From assembly GCA_047967505.1 (NCBI GenBank), contig CM106538.1: a stretch of DNA of 64,000 bases, one strand, 5' to 3'. Below the pieces are notes generated by a model. The model saw nothing but the letters and a program-made list of their open reading frames with translations. It searched no databases and was not told where the DNA came from. Shown piece by piece: positions 38,169 to 50,616 of the stretch. This DNA is from Dipteris shenzhenensis. Taxonomy: Eukaryota. The first letter of the stretch is position 1. The number at the start of each line of letters is the position of its first letter. A program made the translations under genes and the position numbers.

Positions 38169-41100
38169 CGCACACACACCACACACACACCACACACACA
38201 CTTTTTTTGGGGTGAAAATATTGTTGCTTTATATTACAGAATCACTATATGTGGAAAAATACATTGCGAGAAGATCTCAGCATAAGACAGATACACGTCA
38301 GGATCTATGTACTTAGTTTGCAAGCAATCATAGAAAGATTGCTGCAGAGAGTGCCTGAAGAAAGATGGTGCACACACACACAACACACACACACACAAAA
38401 CTGCTTTGCTCTCGGCTTCCTCCCTTGAAGAGGAACAAAAAGCCATAAAATGTGCATGTATGTTTATACAGGTGCAAGGTTGGGTCAAGGATGGTTTAAG
38501 GGATTTTTCAATCTCTCGTGCAGAAGTTCGCTGGGGTATTCCTGTCCCCACAGACCACAAGCAAACTATTTATGTCTGGTTTGATGCTCTCCTGGGGTAA
38601 TGACCATTCACTCAATCCTCCTCATGCATAAGAGATTACCAATTTACATAGGGTTATTTGGTGAATTTCACATGTATGGTAATTTGTTGAAAGCTAAAGA
38701 CAAGAAAAGGTGTAAATCATCAAAAGTTGATTGGGTACATGCTGAAACATAAGTGTTTTCAAACTTTAAAGCCTCTCTATTGACTCTTGCTTTGAATTCT
38801 ACAGTGCTGTTCTACTTTGTTTTTAGAGTATGACATTGAAGATTACAACAAAATCTAGATTTTGTTAATGTCAATAATTAAAAAATTTGCATCTAAGGTT
38901 TGACTGTGAGAGTTCATCAAATCAAAGAGCTGGACTCATATGTAAGTGCAACCAAGTATATCATACATGGGGCCCCCTTTGCCCTCGGAGAAAGCAACCT
39001 TTTATTCTATTTGACGAAAACAATACAAAGTCAGCAATTTGTGACATTAATACATCTTTCTTTCTTTCTTTCTCTACAACATTGTTCATTTACTGTCTGC
39101 ACCTCTCTCTCTCCACACTAGTACACATCATGGAAAGAAGTTGGGTTTGAAATTAGCTCTGTGTAGTTCCTGGGCACTATCTTGTTTTATCTATCTTCTG
39201 CTGCGTGGAGCATTGGCTGTAGCAAGCAACCTCTGCCACTCTGTCTTTTCTAACAGTTTGGTCTCACAAGTACAGGTGCCCTTGTTTCTGAATGTAACCA
39301 TTCGATTTGCAATAAGCATGCTTGTGCTACTCCACATGTGGTCAATAGCCAGTTGGTGTTTCTCTTTCCTCCACCCTCTTGTGGGCATGTTACTTCTCCT
39401 TGCTCCTTGGATTACAATTTCCTCTTGTCATGAAATTTCACTCCTGTTTGAATTGAATGGTGTCTGCTGTAGGTCTGCAAACAGGTCTTCCCTTTTGACT
39501 TGCACTTCCTGGAATGTATCATAGAAGGGAGACCTGTAATGTGCCATGAACAAATCTGCCGATCCTGTATATTCTTATCTTGTAGGCAGATATATCTTGT
39601 GTTTATCTGTCTTTGCAACTTTTCCTTCCAAGGTTTTCAGGTCATGCATGTTACTTCTCCTTGTCCGTGTCTGTTTTACTTCTTATTCCATATTGAGAAG
39701 ATGTCGAAGTCTAGGAATCCTTCAATTCTCATGCTTTGAAGTCTTGGCCAAGAATTTCACATCACAGTCTGGTATAATGTGATAGGTAGCTCCTTTTTCC
39801 CATGGATGCCCCTTGCAATTCCAAAACATCGATGCTAATGTGTGCCTTTGTGCCTTGGTCCCATTGACCGTCTCCCTATGTTTGGTTTGTGGATTTGCTG
39901 TCTTGTAGCCTCTATAGGTGCAATCATTTCCTCGTGTTGCCTTAGGGTGAGACTTTCATCTATGAAGAACCTTGAACCGTTGAAGTCCCTGACTTTTTCT
40001 TTAAATCTCTGTCTAGTCTGCTGTATTTCCTAGCATCACAGCTATCATTGTCCCCCTTCTCTGTTCTCTGCTTTTACGGACGCTCCTGGCCCCTTTACTA
40101 CTGCATTTGATAGCTTAAATTTGTTTCATAAGCATGTACTTTAGCATCAGCTCCCTCCCATCCTGTCTTGACTATTTATCTGACTATGTTGGTTCTGTCC
40201 TTTCTTTCACTTTCTTCCTTCAGAGCTGCGTACTATTCCTTTGTTATCTTCATTTTGTGTCTGCCAACCTTGGTGACTTGAGTAATAAATCTGCTAGCAG
40301 TTTCTCTGGGATGCATGGTGTTGATGCTGCCAAGTGTGGTGTTCCTTATCCACCCTTTACCTTTCCATGCGCATTGTTTGGGTGCTTGTGGTCTTTGACA
40401 GGTTCACCATGTTTGGACCCTTACTCGAATTGTGATTGTTAGCCTGTTTTGTACAGCCCTATTTGAGCAAAGGTGGTCGTATTGGTGCTCTTATTTTTTC
40501 TTTTTGTGCAAATGATTTGACCCCATCCTTTTGCCATGGAATTGAAGCACCCCCATTACAGTTTTAGAATCACGCTTTCCTTTTTACAAGTGTCTTTATT
40601 CATACTACATCTGAAAGGCTGTAAATCTGATGTCTGAGTAAATTTTCCTTGGTTTCAGGTACATCTCTGCACTGTTGCAAGAGGGTGTGGAACCTACTTT
40701 GGAGAATGCCGTAAATGCTGGCTGGCCAGCCTCTGTGCACATTATAGGGAAGGTAAAACATCTCATGAAGGCCAAGTTGCTTTTGACATGTATATACAAA
40801 GATTGGATCAGCATTGATGATTGTCTCATTTTGCTAGTATCCTTTATTAAAATCTCAACAGCCAAATTGATTAGTTGTTTTTAACATACTTCCTTGCAGG
40901 ATATTCTGAGGTTTCATGCAGTGTATTGGCCAGCCATGCTCAAATCTGCAGGTTTTCCATTTCCTGGCACTGTATTTGGGCATGGATTTCTAACAAAGGC
41001 AATCTACTCACTTATTCCTCTTGTTTAGTGTTATAGAGTTACTTTATTATTCCCTTTTTTGGGAGATCAAGTTCGGTGGTTGTAAGTATGACTAGTGCCA

Positions 41101-44100
41101 TTTTTCTTATTCATTTTTTCCCCGCTTTTGTCTAGAAAGTGACTATAGAAAACCAAAGCTTTGTTGTACAAATCTTGGCAGTGAATCCAAAACAACCCAA
41201 GGTGGGCCACAAGAAAGAACAAAATTACTTTCTTGTATGGCAAACAGGGCAAACAACCCAACCAATCATCAAAAGAAAAACAAAGAGGGAAACAAACAGC
41301 ATGGGGAACAGAATAAAAGCCAATGAAGCTTTGATTGTGTGCAAAAAATAAAAAGCGATCATGACGAGTCTAAAAGAATGCCTTATGTTGATCTTATGCA
41401 GCTCGAGATTCATGGGGACACTGAACCCTTGTTTCATGAAGAAGAAAAGACAAATTTGTTAATTTAAAAGAGCAAAATGGCCTATGCTGTGAGACAGCAT
41501 TTTACAATGAACAAATACCAACTGAAGCGTCTAAAGGCTTTGTCCACCCACTAGAAAAACCACACAACAAAATTTCAAGTGCGATTTTGCTAGTGTAACT
41601 CAGGCTAACTAGGTAGATATGCGATGCTAAAGAATAGATGAGCATCTGCCCTTCAGATGTTCTAGGCAGCCAAGCTATACATGAGCTTTCACCTTGTATG
41701 CATATGCACTTTGTGAAAAGGAGGTAAGTACATGATTGCATGAAAAGGGAAGTTACATGTTTGGAAATATGTAACCATGCCACAACACACCACGTATTTA
41801 AAATATGCAAGTTGTGAAGAGAAAGGAGGGTACTGACATCCTTTCAAACATAGTGGAGGGAAGTGCAATCTTATAGACAACTACACATACTTCATGCAAC
41901 CGCTACACATGCAACCGACAACGATATGATTGGGTGCTTACTATCACAAAATTTCTGCCAAAATTTGTGTGCAATGAATCAGTGTCAGGAATCTTAAACT
42001 AGATTGTGTGTGAGTTATGATCTCTAATGACAAAGTTGTACGTGGTGATCTAAGCTCTAGTTTAAGAAAACAAGTTTGTGGCCTTAGAAACGGCAGTATG
42101 TGGAGGATAGGCCCCACTTTGGGATACCATTGCTTGTGTGTGAAAGGTTGGACCGCTCCCATAGGCAAATTCTCTAGGCAATATAGTAATAATCTTGTTT
42201 GTATCAAGATCACCATCCCCTTGATGGTCCAAAATGAACATTTTCAAAAGGAGACTAGGGAACATAGAGTCACCCAACATTCCCAAGGACATCTGTTCAA
42301 GTGTGCGTCAGTCCCTACCTTGGGCGATTTGTAGACATGTGCATGTTGCCATCAATTAACGGTAGACCACGATTAGTAGTACATCACGCGATCCTTCAAA
42401 GCGGAGATACCACTTACAAATTGACCGGTCCTTATCCAACTGTACCTCTTGGAGTTGAGAACAATGTCCAAGTTAAATTACAAATGGTCGTGGATGAGAT
42501 CATGAAAAGGAATCGATTCATGTTCTATCTCATCGTGTGTGCAAGGAGAAACATGCGAAAGGCGAATCTAAAAGGAGAGGAGAGAATGTGGATATAGACT
42601 AACATGAAGGGAATATCAATGGAGAGTAGGGTGGCAAGAACTGCGTAGGTGTGGAGTTACTTGCTTTATGCATGATGGAAAAGCTACTTCCAAGGTTGAT
42701 CCCTTGAACTCATTGCACATAATGTATAGAGGAGAACAAAAGTTTTTGTCTTTGGGTATATAAGGTCCAGTTTGCCTTGGAAGATAGGCATGCGATACTA
42801 TTTCAAGCAATATTAAAAGTGGGGATCCTACCCCAATCCTATGTAACTATGAATAAGGCACCAAGTTTGATCCATGCAGTCTCAAGAAGAACACCAATAT
42901 GATGTAATATATTACATAGTAGCCAATAGCCAATAAGACTTGGTTGATAGTAATACTCGCTTAGCACAAGCAACATACAAGTGAAACTCAAAGAAGTTAT
43001 TTTCCGATACATGAAGGAAGTTCATAAATTGTGGCTTTGGAAGAAATCTCAATACCAGCTGACGTCCTAGGTAACATATAGAATGCCCCTAAACAGTCCA
43101 ATTGTACTAAACATGTTGGCCTATTGTGGAGCATCTAGAGACTTAGTCCAAAAAAACCCACTTTTGCTAGCTTATTAGGACACCTGACACCTAACGTAAA
43201 GTAGGAACCATAGCACTGAAACAGTTCGATGTATATTTCAAAGCCATCAAGGAAAGTTCTTGAGTAATTTGCGTGACCTGTATCCAAACAACCATCTATA
43301 AATGCTAAAACAAAGGCTACACAAAGCAGGCTCATAAAGAAAATAATTATAGCCTCTACTATGAAAAGGAAAGGTTGTGAGCCAAAGGATAGAAAACCTT
43401 GCCGTGATGATTTGTCAAGTGAAATAGTGACTACATCATGCTCTTTGAAGTACATTATTGCTAGCCATAGTGTTAGTTGCAACATAGTTGATTTAAAATT
43501 CAACAGATTTTCAATCACTAGAGATTCTCTTTGAAATCATAGTGCACTTTGATCATTGGAATTTTAAATCCAGAAGTAATATAGGAAGCTCATGATGGTA
43601 GGGGAGGAGTTGACCTTTATCCATGCTTAGGACTTCATGGGACGGTGTGGACACTTGGACAATGTCATAGATGGGAGCTAGTGGCGACCATCATTGCTTG
43701 GTACATATGGACAGCTAGATGTAGGCATGTCGTAGAGCAACAGACCACATCAGTTTTAGAGACAGTGGCCGACATTTGGCTAGATATCATTCTTACTCTC
43801 AAGGGCAGATGGGATAGACTTCTAGGGAGACTTGGATCATGCTTGGTGGAGGAGGGAGGCTTTAATTAGTATATGGGAGCAAGGCTGATCCTTCATTTCA
43901 CAGATGGTGGTATAATATGGCATTATAAACCACTGCAGTGGCTAATCCCTCATAGATTGGCCATCCAAGGGGATATCCTTGTATTTTTTTATATTGTACC
44001 CGTCATGGGGAGTTGTTTTTCCCTTGGTGTCCGTTTGGTAAGGAGTTTTTTTAATAGAAATGTTCTTTTCTTTGGACCAAAAAGGAAGCTCTTCCAAGTT

Positions 44101-47100
44101 GGTGTAATCACTTCTTACATATCACAGCGGAGGGTTTCATTGATCCACCAGGATACACAAAGATTCACCTACCCCACTTGCTGAGGATCTCTCTTGGGCA
44201 GTTCCAGGTCTCTTCTCACAGTCTTCGTATCGAGAGCGGCAGAGCAGAGCGGTTACCCAGGGAGAGGCGCATATGCACACTGTGTGACATGTAGGAGAGG
44301 AGCATTTCATATTCAGATGTCCTGTTTACCATGAGATCCGAGGGCGTTTCTACTGCCTCTTCAGGGATAGTTATGGGGTTTTGGCCCGTTTCCTCTCCTA
44401 CCCAGACCAACGATGTTTGGCTGGTTTCATTCATGAGGTGCTCAGACACTGCGATAGGATACTCTGAGCACGGAGACAAGAGCAGACTTCTCCCTCGAAT
44501 GATACCTCTTAGAGCTCTATCACGGAGTTCTTTCAGCCAGATCACATAGAGCCCCACGAGGCGAGACCTCGACATGACCGTGACCCGGAGCCTGTGACCT
44601 GACAGCTCAGATAGAGGGTTGGTTCACAGATCATACTTGGGGACATCCCCTCCTTGTTCAGGGTCGAGCCCGATTGACGGGGGTCACAGTGGCCCTGGTT
44701 AGATATAGAGCTACGACGAGGAGACGTACCAGGACTGCACCCTTGGGGGGGCGACAGCGCTCTATTGCTGACCTCATGCCTCCAATTTCACAGCCTCATC
44801 CATCCTGATGTCTTGCTTCTAATGATGATGATGATGATGTCGACGATGATGCTGAGATTGATTGATTGATATATACAGTTGAGATATGACTATGTTGTAC
44901 TTAGGATTTAGTACTGCCATTTTGCATTTTTTTGCATTCTGCATTGGTGTGGATGCTCATTTAGTAGGTCCACTAGGTTTTTCATAGTCTCATAGACCCA
45001 TCGGTCTTCCGAAGACTTTAATAAACTTTCTTTCTTTTCTTTCTTTCTCATATCATAGGTTGCAAGACCAGATACATGCTATTGGACTTCCTCTTTGCTG
45101 GCTTCGATGAAGATCTGTAAATAATGCTTGGATCCAACATGGTGAATGTGCGAGACCATGTGATCATCTAACAAAGCTCAAACATTGTCATGAAAGATGT
45201 GAAGAATTCCTTGCACATTTCGTCTCCTTGCTGAAGTCGGAATTAACAATGAGAATGGTAGAAAAAGACTAAAGTTATTCTTTAATAGTAAGTGACCATG
45301 TGCTAGAGCATGCTGGGCAAGAATCAAAGTGTCACGAGCTTGGTGCTACCAAATCATCCAAGAGATGCTTATGTTCTAAAACAAATGTTGAGGATCTGCT
45401 TCACCACCCAACCACGGATGCAATACATGAGAAATCTAAGCTAGATGGGTAGGCGAGAAAGGGATTTGATGCAATATGTCATCTACCACTCGAGATATGT
45501 TGCCATGCCAATATAAGGCATCCCGTATCCATAGAGTACTTTGGGAAAGGGGTCATGCATTGGCTCCACTAGGTGTTGTAATAATTGGAAAGCAATTATA
45601 AAATATGTGCCTATCTATATTTCTATCTTTTCATCTTGTGCTAATGCCCAATCCTTGGCCTAGAAGCAATTGTGGCATTTCCAAATGGGTCTTGCAAGAG
45701 GTTGCCACCTTCAACTGCAATGAGACCACTTTAAGGAAGATTGCAACAATGTGTGGATCTAGTCCAATTTGGGAGTCGTAGAATAAAGAGCGAGGATCCT
45801 AACTATGATGGCATCAAATTGAATCCGTATCCACTTGGATCTTATAGGAACTTTCTCCCCATGGTCCACCATAGGCCCATAAAAGTGCAGACACCCCCTA
45901 AAGTTACTTTGGTGGTGCTGAAAAGGTATGGCTCCATCTTGTAAGAAATTTACAAGTTTTTTCTTGCATTTGTGCATTGATGCTTTTGATGAAATTAAAT
46001 AATAATTAAACTATGAAGAAAGGAGGCAGATAAATTTGAGAGAGAACAAGCTTTGAACGAGCTTTATCCCCATTGAGAGACATGCAATGAATTCCAAGCA
46101 ACTACGACAATGCTCATGAAAAAGAGACTGCAAAAGATAAATGTCTTCACCACAGGTGTATGGCTCAATAAGATCCATTCATAAGAGTTGTTGAATTATC
46201 ATACTACATCCGGACATTTATTAAGTAATGCAAAAATCACATTAAAAACAATCAAGAATGATTGATTCATAAATTTTGCAAAGCATAGTTAAAGCTCTAG
46301 CAATCATTTCAGTTTTACATGATAAGTTTGGGCATGTTTCTAAATTCATATGGATGGACAAGGAAAATACAACCTAGCATTATTTCCTATGAGTTGCAGC
46401 TCTATGCAAGTTGTCAGCCACCTAGTTCTATGTATGTGTTTGTTTTCGGTAACTACAATGGTTTTTAAAATATGTTTCACATGGAAGTCTTTTTTATCCC
46501 AAAATTCTGAATAAAGATACACTTTTTGGTGTTTTTTTCCAAAATGGAGTTGAGTTGTCGTCTGCATGATTTTGTTGTCATTTTTTATAACTCATTGTTC
46601 TCCCTGTTAAGAGGGAATCCTACCCTCTGGGGAGACCTCTCAAACTGGATGGACGGACAATTCCTGCCCCTAGTACCTAGTAACCCCAGGTTCGATCAAC
46701 CGCAAGAGGAAGGTCAAAACTTACCCAAGGTCCCCATCAATAAGTTGGGCCAATACTTTGAAGGCGATGATACTAATGTGGCTATCCCCATAACCTACCA
46801 GAACCAAAAGTTTGATGCCATCTTGGATGGGGGAGAGGGTGTGAGTGTTTGTACCAAGGAATGCTGGGAGAGGTGGGGAAAACCTACTCTCGAGCAAACC
46901 CACCTGATAGTGAAGTTAGCCGATGGCGGAACTGCTGAACCCTTGGAAGTCCTCACCGGTATTAACATAAGGTATTTTGCTTCACGTATCCCGTTAGATT
47001 CGTAGTCATGGACTTTATCCAACAGCCGGGGCATGAAGCCATCCTAGGCAGTCCCTTCTTGCGAATGTCCAGACTCGTATACGATTGGCGCACTGACAAC

Positions 47101-50100
47101 ATCTATTGGGAAATTAGGTCAAGGGAGGGTAACATGTCTACGTCGTAGTCTTGTTTTCCTTGGACAATTATTCAGGTGAACATGGAGATGGAAGGGGAGC
47201 AATTTCAAGTGCCTCATGAATGAAACCTACCAGGGTAGGAGAGGAAACGGGCCAAAATCCCATAACTATCCTTGAAGAGGCAGTGGAAACGCCCTCGGAT
47301 CTCATAGTAAACAGGACACCTGAAGATGAAATGCTCCTCTGTCTCAACCTCCTGCATGTCACACAGTGTGCATATGCGCCTCTCCCTGGGTAGTCGCTCT
47401 ACTCTGCCGCTCTCGATGCAAAGTCTGTGTGAAGAGACCCGGAATTGCCCAAGAGAGATCCTCAGCGAGTGGGGTTGGTGAATCTGTGTGTATCTTGGTG
47501 GGTCAATGAAACTCTCCGTTGTGATATGTAAGAAGTGATCTCTGTAGAAGCTAAGCTTCACTAGGAGTTCACTCGGTCCCAACTAGGTTTGAAATGTGTG
47601 TAGCTGTAGTAGATCCTCACAGATAACCTGGTTGACCTCGTGTGACTAGTCGCTCAAACCATCTCTCTGTACGTGCATTCCAGCACCTCTGGTCCCCTCC
47701 TGTTGCAAGTGCCATAGAAGAGGATAGAGCTATCCATGGTAGCCTGCTACGCCCCGAGGTGTAATCCCCATATTCCCTAACTCGGTACAGATACGTGATG
47801 ACCTGAAATGCAGCATCTAGCTGTAAAGGGGGTGACCCAAACTTAGCCTGAATGATCTGGTGAGGAATGGATGGCTTACCACGAATCATCCGTGATAACA
47901 TGAGAACCTATAGCCGCTCCACAAGGGCCCACTCTGTATCCGACAAGTCTGGCCCCCAACAAGGGCTGCCGTACGTCCCCGCTGGGCGAACCAAGGAGTC
48001 AAAAAGCAACCCCTTGGTGCGTGGATCTTGAAAGTGTGAGCGGAAGCATTGCCTTTCTAGTCTGGCCAATGAAGCATACCCTTTGCTCAAGCGTGCCTGC
48101 ATCGTGGGTCTCATAGTGAAGCTGGGTCCGAAAAAGATAACCCCAAGATAAGTGTATGATGAAACTATCTCAACAGGCGACCCCTCAAATGTGAACTGCT
48201 TCTGATGCATGATGGCTCGAGATGTATTGAAGATCATGACCTTGGTTTTACCTAGGTTGACCTTCAAATCATGAGACTCACAAAAGGACTGTAGTGCATC
48301 TAGGTGTCTCTGGAGCCCCTCTGCCGAGGAAGACAAGAGAGCCACGTCATCTACGTAGAGCAATATCTGGATCAGCGTGCCCGCAAGAGAGCAATCTACA
48401 CCCCCCTGTGTCTGCATCAGTGTCTCAAGCTCATCAATGTAGAGGCCAAACAAGGTAGGCGACAAAGGACACCCTTGTTTGACCCCGATGGTGCTCAGGA
48501 TCTTGTCTGTCCACCCGGATCCTGCCCAAACTAAGGTTATGACTTTAACACGTATATTTCTTCACCCCATGTGTATGGATCAATAACTTGGTTGAAAGCT
48601 TTGTTAAAGTAATCCACTCAATCTAAATGTTTGTTGAAGTAATGTAGAAATCGAATTTGAAAAAACCAAGGTGGTGGAATCTAAAATATGGGTCTCTGGT
48701 ATTGTGGAAAATTAATGGATTTCTACTTACGTTAGTGTTATGGAAATGATTTTAACTTTACTATAACAGAAAATTAATGTATATTAATATGAATTGCATT
48801 TTATTTTTCAAGGGTATTCATTAATTCAAAGTTAAAATCAAAGTGGTTTTAGCACAATTTTTTTAATTGTTTCCCATTTGCTATGAACGGTTCGTTTATT
48901 TGCAGGATGGTTTGAAGATGGGGAAGTCATTAGGAAATACAATTGAACCAAGAGAGCTTGTTAGCAAGTTTGGTTCAGATGCAGTTCGCTACTACTTTTT
49001 AAAAGAGATCGAGTTTGGAAAGGATGGAGATTATGCTGAAGAGCACTTTGTCGATATTGTCAATGCTCATCTTGCAAATACAATTGGTAAGTGAATCCAC
49101 TTTGGTCAGCATTAATGTTGGAGTAGACTAATTGTAACTTCTACAATGTTGTCCATATTGAACTTCGTAATTGTGTAAGCTAAAAATTTGTAAAACTTAG
49201 TAACTGCAGCGACCCTGTGCAATTTTTATATAGGGAACAAAGCAATTTCAATTGGAAAGTTTGATCAATGTTGGTAAACGTGAATTAGGGGTGCTAGTAT
49301 GCCAAGTAATACATGATTGAATTGGGGTGCATGTGGGACAAAAGGTGGAAAAAGTCACGACTTATGCGTCTACTTGTTTTTGAGTTGCAGTTCTTTTCTT
49401 GTTTAAAAAATAACCACCTGTGGGAAAATGGAATCTTTTGCGCCCAGAATTGAAAATTTGATTCGTGCTACCCACAAGTACCTACTTTCAATGCTTCGCA
49501 CCTTTAGGAGTGAGAGTGGAGAGAATGGGAGTGAAGCAACACAAGATCTGATGTTGCAAGGATGGAGAATGAGGGCAACCCAAACTTGGATTAAACTCAC
49601 ACCCTTCTAAACACAGCCATTAACTGTGGTTAGGGGGAAAAACTTTAGATAAGGCAAAAAGTGTCTCCAACCCTTCTAACTAATTATTACATTGGCATTG
49701 TCCCCCTCCCCCCCTTGCCTGCCCTCCTTTCCCCCGTGATAATGTTCTGATGTACAAGGTGTCATCTCGTGTACCAAACAGAAGTAAGTCCAAAGCTTTG
49801 CGAAAAGCTTCAAACTTTTCTCTAGGTAAAGCCTTGGTGAAAATATCTACAGCATTTTGATGTGTAGCACAGTAGATCAAACTGATCTCTCCTGCATGTA
49901 ATCTCTCTTTGACATAGGGATAGTGTATCTCAACGTGTTTTGTGCGAGATGATGTTGGAGTTGAGCATCTCCTAGTGTACTATGTGTAGATCATGAGTGA
50001 GGGCCTTTGTTGAGGGTGTGCCTGCCCCATGTGAGGATAGAATAGGATAGGGTTGGCTGCATACCTGGGCATGTGTGTCTGCCAGGCCGTTGTGGTGGAT

Positions 50101-50572
50101 CTGGCCACCTTTGGTGCAGGTCTGGCTGTTTGGAGGCTGAGCTAGGGCCTTGTGCACGTGCCAAGAGGGGAGCGGACCAGTCTGGGCCAGATTTGGCACA
50201 GACCAGGGCACGGATTGGAGCCCTGAGGGTCTGCTTGCAGGCTGTGCCTTGGAGTCGCCCTGGCTGTGGCTGTTTGCGGGAGGGTGCAGGGCAGATTAGG
50301 GCCGGCCCTTGGCTTGTGTGCTGCTGCCAGGTGGTCGCCATATGGGCTTGACATAGGCACCTTGTTGGGGTGGCCAACAGGGCCCTCAACCATTCAGCAA
50401 ACCCGACCTGTAGGTTACCAGCCACCCTGGGTCAGCCAGCCTGGTCAGCTGGTTGGCCTAGGTCGGCTGAGAGGGGGACCCCTATTTATAGGCCCCTTCC
50501 CCCATTGATGTACCATCTCTTGTGTTGGAGGTTTTTCCCAGCAGATCGAGGGCTTTTCCTTGAGATCCCTTG

Positions 50573-50616
<44 letters not shown>

